64,000 bases of DNA. Origin: Bacteroidota bacterium. GTDB taxonomy: Bacteria; Bacteroidota; Rhodothermia; Rhodothermales; UBA10348. Position numbers and translations under genes: made by a program. Shown here piece after piece: positions 38,601-48,255 of the stretch. The notes beneath the pieces are model-generated. The model was not told the DNA's origin and did not search any database. It saw nothing but the letters and a program-made list of their open reading frames with translations. The stretch covers positions 23,586 through 87,585 of the forward strand of contig JAQBZH010000004.1 in the NCBI GenBank assembly GCA_027622005.1. The letters run 5' to 3'. Each line of letters begins with the position of its first letter. The stretch's first letter is position 1.

Positions 38601-38687
38601 CGGAGGAGGAGGGATTCGAACCCTCGGTGCCCTTGCGGGCACAACGGTTTTCGAGACCGCCCCATTCGACCGCTCTGGCACCCCTCC
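38601..38687 (-). tRNA. tRNA-Ser (anticodon CGA), type II
   Basis: The reverse complement reads ggaggggtgccagagcggtcgaatggggcggtCTCGAAAaccgt tgtgcccgcaagggcac cgagggttcgaatccctcctccg. Confidence 0.9.
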
Positions 38688-38881
38688 GAAAAGACTTCTA
38701 GCAAGCCTAATCGGCTCACACGAGTAATCTGGCCTGTTGCTCCGCATTAAGAACGGTCAGAATGAGCGGACAACATGTAAAACTAGGTTTGATTGCGAAG
38801 GCTGGCAACGTCTATCGCATCAAATTACGCGGAAGAAAGAAGGGTATACTCTTCGGGCCCGAGCAGAAATTTGCCTAGTTT

Positions 38882-39631
38882 TTAGCGCACATGCGCCGCC
38901 GCGACCATTTCAGCTATAAACGATTCACTGCCATTTGCCTCTAACGCGTTGCCCACCACTATGATAGAAGCGCCAGCCTTTACCCTTTCGCGAACCAATT
39001 CAGGAGTTGAAAGGCCTCCACCAACGGCAATTGGAGACTCGCAAGCGTGAGCCACGGCTTCAATCATGGCAACGGGAACGGGCTCTTTTGCCCCAGAACC
39101 GCCTTCCAGATACAGGAGCTTCATCCCCATCATCTCGGCAGCAAGTGCGGTTGCAGCTGCAATATCCGGTTTAGAGCGAGGTAGTGGTAGCGAGTTGTTT
39201 AGGTATTGTGCGGTCGTAAGAAGTCCCGACTCAACCAGCATATAAGCCGTCGGGATCGGTTCTATTCCCAACGCCTTTATGATTGACGCGACGTACACAT
39301 GTCGACCAAAGAGCATATCGGCATTGCGGCCAGAAACCACTGACAGGTACAACACGGCATCCAGATGCCTGGAAATTTGATCCAACGAACCTGGGAAGCC
39401 TATAACAGGCAATTCCGAAGACATTTTAATCGTTTTAAAAACGTCCTCTATGTCAGGCGAACGCACCAACGATCCACCCACAAAAAAGGCATCTACTCCA
39501 GCTTTTTGAAACCTTTCAATTTTTTGCGGTAGGGCACCAATCGTCTCTTTATCGGGGTCTAATAACACCACAAAGGCAGCACCTCTTTCGGAGGCTACTT
39601 GCACGAGATGATTATAGGTGTCGCGTTTCAC
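38882..39631 (-). CDS. Geranylgeranylglyceryl/heptaprenylglyceryl phosphate synthase family protein (PcrB/GGGPS)
   Basis: 249 aa TIM-barrel pattern: DAFFVGGSL, LYLEGGSGA, VGGGLSTPE, IVVGNALE. The GTG start overlaps the alaS stop (GTGA). Confidence 0.8.
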   Translation of the reverse strand: MKRDTYNHLVQVASERGAAFVVLLDPDKETIGALPQKIERFQKAGVDAFFVGGSLVRSPDIEDVFKTIKMSSELPVIGFPGSLDQISRHLDAVLYLSVVSGRNADMLFGRHVYVASIIKALGIEPIPTAYMLVESGLLTTAQYLNNSLPLPRSKPDIAAATALAAEMMGMKLLYLEGGSGAKEPVPVAMIEAVAHACESPIAVGGGLSTPELVRERVKAGASIIVVGNALEANGSESFIAEMVAAAHVR

Positions 39632-42474
39632 GATAGCAGCGATTTGACCATCGTGGGGGTGCTAGCGAGCGCCGCATCCAGCTTTTCAGGGTGTTTTCCA
39701 CCCGCTGTAGCAAGCGTTGGACGGCCTCCGCCGCCGCCGCCGACTTCTTTCGCAATCAGTCCAACCAGCTTGCCCGCCTGTAATCCATGGTTCTTGACCA
39801 AATCCTCCGAAACGCTACACGCCAAGAATACTTTCTCAGCCGCTTCGTCTGCGGATCCGAGCACACAAACGTGCCCCGCACCTAGGCTTGCGTTCATATT
39901 AGCACAAATCTCCTGCAAGGCGCCGGAATCGGCCCCATCCAGCCTACCAACCACCAAGGTCACGGGTCCGACGACCACCGCCGATTGAGAAAAGGCCCTT
40001 GCTTTTTGCTCCAAAGAAGCCAATCGAAGAGCAATTGCCTCTTTTTCAAGGGCTTTGGACCGATCAATAAGGTCGGCAATTTCTTCGTCCGAGGGTCGTT
40101 GAAGCGTTCTGAATTGGTCCCGCACGCGACCCAGTTCTGCAAGCTCCGAATGGATGTGCGATAGTGCGTCCATGCCTGCAACAGCCTCAATCCGTCGAAT
40201 TCCGGAAGCGACAGAACCCTCCGAAGTGAAACGAAATAGTCCTATTTCTCCCGTAGAAGCCACGTGAACACCACCACAAAGCTCAATCGAGAATGCCGGG
40301 TCAAACGTTATAACACGAACTCTCTCCCCATATTTTTCGCCAAAAAGGGCTGTAGCGCCGCGATCCAGAGCCTGTTTGATCGGAATATCCCGATCTTCTT
40401 GCTTTTGAATGTTCTTTTGGATCATCTCATTGACCCGGTTTTCAACCGCTAGCAAGTCCTCAGGCCCTACTTTTTCAAAATGAGAAAAGTCGAATCGAAG
40501 ATGGGTCGGTGTCACCAGGGAGCCTTTTTGGCCCACGTGGCTGCCCAACCGCTCGCGGAGAGCGGCGTGCATAAGATGAGTTACCGAGTGATGCTTCACG
40601 ATACGGTCCCTTCTACGCATGTCAACAGACGCTTGAACGTCTGAATCCGCATCAACCGGCAACCGATTGACCGTATGGACAATTCGTCCACCCCGCTTTT
40701 GCGTGTCCAAAACCCTAATCTCTTGTCCACCAATGAGTAAGACACCATGATCCCCGACCTGTCCACCACTTTCTGCGTAGAAAGGGGTTTTGTCGAGAAT
40801 GATTTCAAACTGGGAGGTGTTGTCGGTGACTTGAACTTCGCGCATTTGGCGCACTTTTACACCCGAGTCCGAAGCAGAGTCATACCCGGTAAAATGCGAG
40901 TCTCCTCCTTTTGATACTTCGATCCACTCCTCGCCCTCTCCGTGCGCGGATTTAAACGATGTAGCGGCGCGCGCTTTATTCTTTTGCTGATCCATCAGCG
41001 ACGTGTAGCGGGGCATATCAACCGAAAAACCCTGTTCACGCGCCATAAGCTGGGTTAGATCGACCGGAAACCCAAAAGTGTCGTGAAGCAAAAACGCGAA
41101 CTCTCCCGGTAGCTGACCGGTTTTACCGACCTGTAAAAGGTCTGCAATCGATTCTTCCTTTGATACGGAGGATGCATAAGCCTTTTTCAACAGATCGACG
41201 ATGTGACGATCCTTTTCAACCATTGACCTGACATCGCTGTCGCTTTTTCCAGCTTTTAGCTGTTCCAACACCGGGGTAACGGTGGAAAAATATTCAATCC
41301 CAGTGCCCAGCGTTTCAAGGAAGCTCTCTTCTTCGGCCTTAATAACTCGCTCGATGTAGGCCTGCCCTTTGATCAATTCCGGAAACTGATGCCCCATAAG
41401 GGCCACGATTTCCCCTACTTTTGAAAATAATATCGGTGAGCGGAATCCGAGCGTTTGATACCCGTAGCGCACAGCCCGGCGCAAAATGCGCCGAATAACG
41501 TAGCCGCGACCCGCATTTCCAGGCATCACGCCGTCCGCCACCGCAAAACTGATCGTTCTAAGGTGATCCGCAATAACGCGAAGCGCAATTTGAATCTTTT
41601 CGCCTTCCCCACCTGGCAATCTAAGGGCATCTTCATACGATCCTAAGGATGCCGACACGACTTCCTTCGCGACGGAATCCAGCAGCGGTAAAAACAAATC
41701 CGTATCGTAATTACTCGATTTGCCCTGCAATACGGCCACTACACGCTCGAATCCCATCCCTGTATCGACGTGCTGCGCCTTCAACGTTTGAAGAGAACCA
41801 TCCTGCTGGGCGTTGTATTGGATAAAAACCAGGTTCCAAATCTCCATCACGCGGGGATCGTCTTGATTGACAAGGCTTTTGCCGGGCACTCTGGCTCGTT
41901 CTTCGTCTGAGCGAAGATCGACATGGATTTCAGAACAAGGCCCACACGGACCTGTATCTCCCATCATCCAGAAATTGTCCTTTGACCAACAATAGAGAAT
42001 GTGTTCGGGGTTGATGGTGGTTTCTGAGCGCCAAAACGCGGCGGCTTCTTCATCCGCTTCGATGCCTAGTTTTTTATCCCCTTCATGAACGGTTGCATAA
42101 AGCCGCTGAGGATCGAGTCCCCATCGATTTACCAATAGCTCCCATGCCCACTGGATCGCTTCCTTTTTGAAATAGTCTCCGAAACTCCAGTTGCCCAACA
42201 TCTCAAAAAAGGTGTGGTGATACGTGTCGTAACCCACTTCCTCAAGGTCATTGTGCTTTCCTGAAACCCGTAAACATTTTTGGGTATCGGCTGCTCGGAC
42301 GTAGGAGCGCTCCCCTTCACCCAAGAAAACATCCTTGAACTGATTCATTCCCGCATTGGTGAAAAGCAGCGTCGGATCATTCCCAGGTACGATTGAGTCG
42401 CTAGGAACCACGGTATGACCCTTTTCTTGGAAGAATTCGAGAAACTCAGTTCTAATCTGGTTGGCTGTTTTCAC
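39628..42474 (-). CDS. alaS: Alanyl-tRNA synthetase
   Basis: 948 aa. FTNAGMNQFK, the editing-domain HSVTHLMH...GG motif, and a C-terminal DHHA1-like GGGGGGRP. Confidence 0.95.
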   Translation of the reverse strand: MKTANQIRTEFLEFFQEKGHTVVPSDSIVPGNDPTLLFTNAGMNQFKDVFLGEGERSYVRAADTQKCLRVSGKHNDLEEVGYDTYHHTFFEMLGNWSFGDYFKKEAIQWAWELLVNRWGLDPQRLYATVHEGDKKLGIEADEEAAAFWRSETTINPEHILYCWSKDNFWMMGDTGPCGPCSEIHVDLRSDEERARVPGKSLVNQDDPRVMEIWNLVFIQYNAQQDGSLQTLKAQHVDTGMGFERVVAVLQGKSSNYDTDLFLPLLDSVAKEVVSASLGSYEDALRLPGGEGEKIQIALRVIADHLRTISFAVADGVMPGNAGRGYVIRRILRRAVRYGYQTLGFRSPILFSKVGEIVALMGHQFPELIKGQAYIERVIKAEEESFLETLGTGIEYFSTVTPVLEQLKAGKSDSDVRSMVEKDRHIVDLLKKAYASSVSKEESIADLLQVGKTGQLPGEFAFLLHDTFGFPVDLTQLMAREQGFSVDMPRYTSLMDQQKNKARAATSFKSAHGEGEEWIEVSKGGDSHFTGYDSASDSGVKVRQMREVQVTDNTSQFEIILDKTPFYAESGGQVGDHGVLLIGGQEIRVLDTQKRGGRIVHTVNRLPVDADSDVQASVDMRRRDRIVKHHSVTHLMHAALRERLGSHVGQKGSLVTPTHLRFDFSHFEKVGPEDLLAVENRVNEMIQKNIQKQEDRDIPIKQALDRGATALFGEKYGERVRVITFDPAFSIELCGGVHVASTGEIGLFRFTSEGSVASGIRRIEAVAGMDALSHIHSELAELGRVRDQFRTLQRPSDEEIADLIDRSKALEKEAIALRLASLEQKARAFSQSAVVVGPVTLVVGRLDGADSGALQEICANMNASLGAGHVCVLGSADEAAEKVFLACSVSEDLVKNHGLQAGKLVGLIAKEVGGGGGGRPTLATAGGKHPEKLDAALASTPTMVKSLLS

Positions 42475-42515
42475 GGAGTACAGGATTGGGAGCTTTTTAA
42501 AAGAGGTAAATACGT

Positions 42516-42543
42516 AAAAAGGCCGTTTTCACAGCAGAAAACG
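42516..42543 (-). terminator. Weak terminator-like hairpin after the M14 gene, upstream of alaS
   Basis: Minus strand: cgttttc tgctgt gaaaacg, then gccTTTTT. Confidence 0.4.
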
Positions 42544-42611
42544 AACCTTCTTACCTTTTTTAGAATTCGGAATATACGGAATTAGTCGCAATCTAGACAG
42601 ATAGGGCCCGT

Positions 42612-45215
42612 CTAGAAGCTGGAGCCAAAAAAGATGGCGTTGAAAAACAGACGTTGTGTGCCAAGCCAAAACGCTCGATGGTTGACCTCATTGGTAAAAG
42701 CAATCACGCGGCCTTGGCCTGACCTTACGGCGATGACGCCAACTGATTCTGGAAGTGAGGCTAATTTGGGTCCTGAAATGTAGCCACTTAATAATGGTTT
42801 ATCTCCAAAAGTCCCAATCATCCCGCCCGTCGAGCCTTTGTATTCGTATAGCGTCGAACTATCATAAAATACGGGCAAATTAGGGTTTAAACCGTATCCC
42901 ACGGGGTGAGAGGTGTCTAACTTCAATTCAAAAATGGACCCGGCAATGGCTTGTGCATCGCGGGCCTCATTCAGAAGATGATAGGGCAATTCCTTCCAAA
43001 GTGAATCTGGATCGCTCGATTTCGACTCCACAGAAATCAATCCGTTTTGATTGGCCCAAGACGTAGCACCAGAAAGTACAATCAGTGTCCCACCTGACTT
43101 CGTCCAGCTAGTTAAAGCGCTGGAAGTGGACTCCGAATAATTTCCACCCGGCAAAACGATTGTGTTGTATCGACTAAGATCGCCAGTAGCCAGCCTCGAA
43201 GGATCAACCATAGACACCGTAAGGCCAAAACGCTCCGAAACGGCGTGCCAGGCTTCTCCCGCTTGGCCAGAATTGGCTCCGGGACCTGCTACAATGGCAA
43301 TTCTAGGCTGCGAAAGAATACTGGTGCTCCCTCCGCCAATATCAGGGCCGTCAGGTGTTATCCCTGAATGGACGGCCACAAACTGGACGTGATCTTCTGC
43401 AACCGCTTGGGCCACCGTTCGATGCACCAATTCCGATCGATCTTCCGAGGTCGGTGTGCTCCGAGAATGAACCGGAATGATGACCGTGCCGCGATCAAAC
43501 CAAACTTTCGTTCCGTTCTGGATGATTGAAAACGGCTCGTTGGATAACCTGGCATCCAGTCCCGCTTCCAGAAATCGATTGAGAGCTCTGGGGGCGAACA
43601 ACCGATTCCATTTCAACAAATAAGCGTGCCTCGCCTGGCCACCTGCGAGCTGACCCCCATCGAGCTCTACGCCCCCGAGCAATTCGCCTTGAATTCCGGC
43701 TAATCGTCCGTTATAGGATGCTAGATCGACGTCGAAAGCAAGGGGCAGTGTCCACGTAGAAACGTCGTAAAACAAAGAGTCTTCGTACTCTAATGTTCGC
43801 TCCGTGAAGGATTTAATCAGCCGATATTGGGATTGATCCACGGGAATCACGTACCCATTGCCGGCCTTGATGGTTTTTCCTCCCACTGAGACGTCAGACT
43901 TCAGTTCGTGAAAAGCCACACGATGACGTTGTAATAACTGGGCGAGCAGCTGAGACTTGGTTCGGTCGCGCTCCAAATCTAAAACCCATGCCGTTTGACC
44001 GCTTTTCTGGGCCATTGAGCGGGATTCCTTATAAAAATCCCGTTGATAGGTCAAAAGTTTTGTGCGTAAGGCCACGCCGGCCTGAAGGGTGGTAAGGGAA
44101 GTGGCGAACTGATTTCGGACTGTAAAAGCGTAGTGCAGTTCACCATCCCGCATTTCTGCACGCAGAGCGCGGGAAGAGGCTTGTTCAAATAAGATACCGA
44201 CGGAACCGTTAATGTCTGGATACGCAGAGCCTTTGCCGTAGAAATAATCGTCAAAACCTTCTTCCGTGTAGTAGGAAGAGCCAATTGCATCGAGACCCGC
44301 AGCATGATACGTCGCGATCAATTCCGTCAGACGAATATTTTCCACTGGCGTGTTTGGGTGCTTCCGCGACGGAATTCCCGGTTGAAAAAAGAACGTCGAA
44401 CTCCCACCCATTTCGTGGTGATCGGTTAAAATCTGAGGGCGCCAAGTTTGATATAGATTGATCCTACCTTTTGATTCGGGATGTTGTGCGACCATCCAAT
44501 CCCTATTAAGATCAAACCAATAGTGATTGGTTCTCCCACCTGGCCAGGGCTCATTATGTTCAAGGTCTTGGGAATCGGTCGTGCCCGTGCTTCCGCGCAT
44601 GGAGTTAACCCAATTGCCAAAACGTGCTCGGCCATCCGGGTTTAGCATAGGTTCGACGATCAAAATCGAATTTTCTAGCGCATTTTCGATCATTTCCCCT
44701 TGGGCCGCTGCTAAATAATACAAATATAAAATGGCGGCTTCTGTGCCCGAGGACTCGTTCCCATGGACGCTATAGCCCTGGTATAACACGGCGGGCATCT
44801 TGGCAATGTCAGCATCGCTTACTTGATCGGGAAACTCCGAAAGCAGGTCATGTTGCGCCCGAATTGCATCGAGCCGAGCATGATTGGCTGGGGTGGTCAC
44901 AATGGCGTGAATCAGCGATTGGCCTTCGTACGACTCGGCGTGCTTATAAACGACCACGCGGTCGCTCACCGCTGCAACTGCTCTGTAATAAGCCTCCACT
45001 TGATAAGGCAACGTATGCCTGCTTCCAATGACATGTCCAATGACCGACTCCGGTGTCGGAATCGTAGGATCGAACGAATCTACGCCCTCGAGCGGCATGT
45101 CCATCAGAAAGGGAAGCCGCTGCGCCGCAGCAGAACCAGGGCCCGCGATAATAGAAATGACAATAACAAGTACGCGTAACGCTTTAACAGACATAGACTT
45201 AGCTCCTTGTTTCAA
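42612..45215 (-). CDS. M14-family zinc carboxypeptidase with a large C-terminal extension, secreted
   Basis: 867 aa. Signal peptide, HGNESSGTEA (HxxE), MLNPDGR, LTDHHEMG. Confidence 0.8.
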   Translation of the reverse strand: MKQGAKSMSVKALRVLVIVISIIAGPGSAAAQRLPFLMDMPLEGVDSFDPTIPTPESVIGHVIGSRHTLPYQVEAYYRAVAAVSDRVVVYKHAESYEGQSLIHAIVTTPANHARLDAIRAQHDLLSEFPDQVSDADIAKMPAVLYQGYSVHGNESSGTEAAILYLYYLAAAQGEMIENALENSILIVEPMLNPDGRARFGNWVNSMRGSTGTTDSQDLEHNEPWPGGRTNHYWFDLNRDWMVAQHPESKGRINLYQTWRPQILTDHHEMGGSSTFFFQPGIPSRKHPNTPVENIRLTELIATYHAAGLDAIGSSYYTEEGFDDYFYGKGSAYPDINGSVGILFEQASSRALRAEMRDGELHYAFTVRNQFATSLTTLQAGVALRTKLLTYQRDFYKESRSMAQKSGQTAWVLDLERDRTKSQLLAQLLQRHRVAFHELKSDVSVGGKTIKAGNGYVIPVDQSQYRLIKSFTERTLEYEDSLFYDVSTWTLPLAFDVDLASYNGRLAGIQGELLGGVELDGGQLAGGQARHAYLLKWNRLFAPRALNRFLEAGLDARLSNEPFSIIQNGTKVWFDRGTVIIPVHSRSTPTSEDRSELVHRTVAQAVAEDHVQFVAVHSGITPDGPDIGGGSTSILSQPRIAIVAGPGANSGQAGEAWHAVSERFGLTVSMVDPSRLATGDLSRYNTIVLPGGNYSESTSSALTSWTKSGGTLIVLSGATSWANQNGLISVESKSSDPDSLWKELPYHLLNEARDAQAIAGSIFELKLDTSHPVGYGLNPNLPVFYDSSTLYEYKGSTGGMIGTFGDKPLLSGYISGPKLASLPESVGVIAVRSGQGRVIAFTNEVNHRAFWLGTQRLFFNAIFFGSSF

Positions 45216-45216
45216 A

Positions 45217-46326
45217 TTAAGCTTTGTACAAATATGCGAGTTCGACTAAGCGGCCTCCTTCGGGCGTCGCTGCTGCGAAGGTACCATTTCCGCCTAAGAT
45301 CTCCGCTCCACCCACTTCCCCTTTGATGTTGAGGGCGTAAAACTGAACGTTGAAATTAGGACGTCCTTTGGCATCCAAAAGCCGCGCTAGTTTGGTGTGG
45401 TCGGCAATTCGCTGGCATGCAAAGAGGCAAGCGGCTTCCGGAGAATCCCCCGCTCGCATTCGCTCAACAATCAGGAAACTGGCCAAATTCTCGATATTGG
45501 CTTCCCCTCGTCCGGTCGAGCCGGCCGCTCCAACCGTGTTGTCGCAGTACAAGCCGGCGCCAATAATCGGTGAATCCCCGATGCGTCCGGGCACTTTGAA
45601 GGCCATTCCGGATGTAGTTGTTACGCAGGAAATGTTGCCTGCGAGGTCGATGGCAGAGCAGTGAATGGTACCCCAGTGGCGTTTGATCGGGGCAGCGATC
45701 TCTCCAATTCCCGTCGATTCCGGTTTGTGTTTTGGCAAATAGTCGTCTTGCGTTGACATGTTTTCACGCCAGTTAACCCATTCAAGGCGAGCTTTTTCAG
45801 TCAGCAAGTTTTCGATGGGAAAGCCGTGCATAACGGCAAAATCTTGTGCACCCTTGCCCACTAAATTGACGTGATCCGTTCTTTCAAGGACCAATTTCGC
45901 CACTTTGGAAGGATATTTTATGCCCTCAATGCATCCAACAGATCCTGCTCGACAGGTTGGACCATGCATAACGGCCGCATCTAGTTGGACCACTCCGAGC
46001 GCATTGGGAAGACCTCCATAGCCAACACTGGTATCCTCGGGGTCCTCTTCCACCAAATTGACGCCAGCGACAACCGCGTCCAAGGCGTCCGCGCCCGCCC
46101 CGATCAACTCGATAGCCTTGAGGACCGTCTGCTGTCCATTTCGGCTGGAAATGGCAATGGGTCCGGCAAATACCCGGGGCCTGGCCTTTGGCGTCGACGC
46201 TCCCATTACCCTGGGCGCAACTCCAAATGAAGCCGCTACTCCGACTAGAGCACTCGTTTTCAAAAAGTCTCTTCTTGAAGAAGGAAAGGTCGGTTGGTCG
46301 ATATCGTTCATCTTTCTGGGCAACAT
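45217..46326 (-). CDS. Ntn-hydrolase asparaginase family (glycosylasparaginase / isoaspartyl peptidase-like) with a Tat signal
   Basis: 369 aa. SRRDFLKTSALVGVAASFG twin-arginine motif; HWGTIHCSAID (autoprocessing Thr region); GRIGDSPIIGAG. Confidence 0.8.
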   Translation of the reverse strand: MLPRKMNDIDQPTFPSSRRDFLKTSALVGVAASFGVAPRVMGASTPKARPRVFAGPIAISSRNGQQTVLKAIELIGAGADALDAVVAGVNLVEEDPEDTSVGYGGLPNALGVVQLDAAVMHGPTCRAGSVGCIEGIKYPSKVAKLVLERTDHVNLVGKGAQDFAVMHGFPIENLLTEKARLEWVNWRENMSTQDDYLPKHKPESTGIGEIAAPIKRHWGTIHCSAIDLAGNISCVTTTSGMAFKVPGRIGDSPIIGAGLYCDNTVGAAGSTGRGEANIENLASFLIVERMRAGDSPEAACLFACQRIADHTKLARLLDAKGRPNFNVQFYALNIKGEVGGAEILGGNGTFAAATPEGGRLVELAYLYKA

Positions 46327-46405
46327 TAGGTGTGCAATTGTGAGTACCTTAACCTACAATGGATCCTCGATCAACACAACAGAAAAGATTGAAAATCGAC
46401 AGGCA

Positions 46406-47062
46406 ATGAGGGATATTGGCAAGCTGCATATCATCACAGATTTTGCATTTCAGCAAGACTATTCTCACGCAGAGCTCGCTCGACTCGCTATTTTAGGAGG
46501 GGCAGATACGATTCAGTTCCGTCAAAAACACGGCAGTTTCAGGGATATTCTTGCGTCGGCTATCGAGGTTCAGCGAGTTTGTAAAGAGCACTCAATCACG
46601 CTCATTATCAACGATCGCATCGATATTGCCCTGGCCGTTGGAGCGGCTGGCGTCCATTTGGGGCAATTGGATATGCCGGCGGTATTGGCACGACAGATTT
46701 TGGGTCCCAACGCCATTATCGGCATCACGGCACCAACCCTAGGGCTGGCCCTAAAAGCGCATGAAGACGGCGCCAACTATGTTGGATTTGGGCCCGTGTA
46801 TCCGACCAAGTCCAAATCAAACCCCATTGCCGTCCAAGGAATCCATACACTCAAACTGTTTTGTCAGGGCTCTCCGTTACCTGTTATAGCCATCGCAGGA
46901 ATCACGCCTCAGCGAACACCAGAAGTCCTTGATGCGGGAGCACACGGGATTGCCGTTATGACGGCTGTATCTTTAGCTAGCCAGCCGGCCCTGGAAGTTC
47001 GTAGTTTTGTTCAGGCTATCGAAGAGAAACCTCAAACTCAGCTTTTTGCCAGGACAAATTAG
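46406..47062 (+). CDS. thiE: Thiamine-phosphate synthase
   Basis: Start moved to ATG 46406 (MRDIGKLHIITDF). The upstream part of the track ORF is antisense to the asparaginase gene. Motifs GADTIQFRQK and VGFGPVYPTKSK. Confidence 0.85.
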   Translation: MRDIGKLHIITDFAFQQDYSHAELARLAILGGADTIQFRQKHGSFRDILASAIEVQRVCKEHSITLIINDRIDIALAVGAAGVHLGQLDMPAVLARQILGPNAIIGITAPTLGLALKAHEDGANYVGFGPVYPTKSKSNPIAVQGIHTLKLFCQGSPLPVIAIAGITPQRTPEVLDAGAHGIAVMTAVSLASQPALEVRSFVQAIEEKPQTQLFARTN

Positions 47063-47133
47063 GTTTCCCCCTCTAGTTTGGCCATGCGCAGATCGGTAAG
47101 TTGTTCTATTAAGCAAATTCAATCGGGTTTATC

Positions 47134-48255
47134 ATGTCTCAAGCGGTGCTTTCACGCCTATCCAACTTAAAATCCAACCTAAAATCGCATAATTTGGATG
47201 GCGTTTTACTCAACGCGGGCTCGTCCCTCCCTTATTTGAGCGGACTGCATTTTCACATGAGTGAGCGCCCTGTTGTTATGGCAATTTCTTCGGCGTCTGG
47301 GGAGGCGATTATCCATCCGGAGCTTGAAAGTCAAAAACTCAACCATTGCCCGTTTCCAATTGAGTCGTTTCCTTATTCGGAAGACGTTTCTTCTTGGCAA
47401 AAGACTTTTTCTGCCGGACTGGATAGTCTCAGACGGATGGGCCCGAAGAGAATAGGCATCGAGCCGCGTAGCTTACGCGTTCTAGAACTACGGTTTATTG
47501 AATCGGCCCTGCCGGGTGTCGAGTTGGTTTCTTGTGAAGCCCTGATCGCGTCGCTTCGCATGCGAAAGGACCAGGAAGAGCTAAGCCTAATGCGTAAAGC
47601 GGTTGATATCGCCCAAAAAGCGCTTCTCGCAACGCTTCCATCTGTAAAAGTGGGCGTTTCCGAGAAAGAAATGGCAGCTCTTTTGATTCAACATTTGCTG
47701 GGATTTGGATCTGGCGGCGAACTTCCGTTCCAGCCTATTATCGCTTTTGGTGCTAATTCTGCCAACCCACACGCCGTCCCAACGGATTATCGCGCCAAAT
47801 CCGGCGATATGATTTTGTTTGATTGGGGCGCCAACGTCGATGATTATTTTTCAGACTTGACGAGGACGTTTGCCCTCGGAGACCCTGGAGATGAACTGCG
47901 TAAGGCTTACGCGGCCGTTCAGGCAGGCAATGAGGCCGGCCGCATGGCCGCAAAACCTGGAATTGAAGCTGGAAAGGTAGATGACGCAACGAGAGGCGAG
48001 ATTCGCAAGGCGGGATTAGCGGCTTTCTTTACGCATCGGACAGGACATGGTCTGGGACTTGAAGTTCACGAGGAGCCCTATATACGGAGCGGAAATGACG
48101 CCATTCTGGATGTCGGAATGACGTTTACCATTGAACCCGGTGTCTATCTTAACGGAAAGGGTGGTATTCGAATCGAAGACGATATGGTTATAACCACCCA
48201 TGGATGCGAAAGCTTGAGTACGTTGCCTAGAGACCTACAAATACTGCCGGAATGA
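47134..48255 (+). CDS. M24-family Xaa-Pro aminopeptidase/dipeptidase
   Basis: 373 aa. FDWGANVDDYFSDLTRT, HRTGHGLGLEVHEEP and IRIEDD metal-ligand motifs. Confidence 0.85.
   Translation: MSQAVLSRLSNLKSNLKSHNLDGVLLNAGSSLPYLSGLHFHMSERPVVMAISSASGEAIIHPELESQKLNHCPFPIESFPYSEDVSSWQKTFSAGLDSLRRMGPKRIGIEPRSLRVLELRFIESALPGVELVSCEALIASLRMRKDQEELSLMRKAVDIAQKALLATLPSVKVGVSEKEMAALLIQHLLGFGSGGELPFQPIIAFGANSANPHAVPTDYRAKSGDMILFDWGANVDDYFSDLTRTFALGDPGDELRKAYAAVQAGNEAGRMAAKPGIEAGKVDDATRGEIRKAGLAAFFTHRTGHGLGLEVHEEPYIRSGNDAILDVGMTFTIEPGVYLNGKGGIRIEDDMVITTHGCESLSTLPRDLQILPE

Noticed and set aside
38454-38750. Three ORFs (66-98 aa) on both strands
   Set aside because: They run through tRNA-Ser(CGA) and its terminator, and the tRNA explains the sequence conservation pattern. 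Not coding.
46058-46405. N-terminal 116 codons of the 334-aa ORF containing thiE
   Set aside because: This part overlaps the asparaginase gene in antisense and is Ala/Thr/Pro-rich. ThiE homology begins at the internal ATG 46406.
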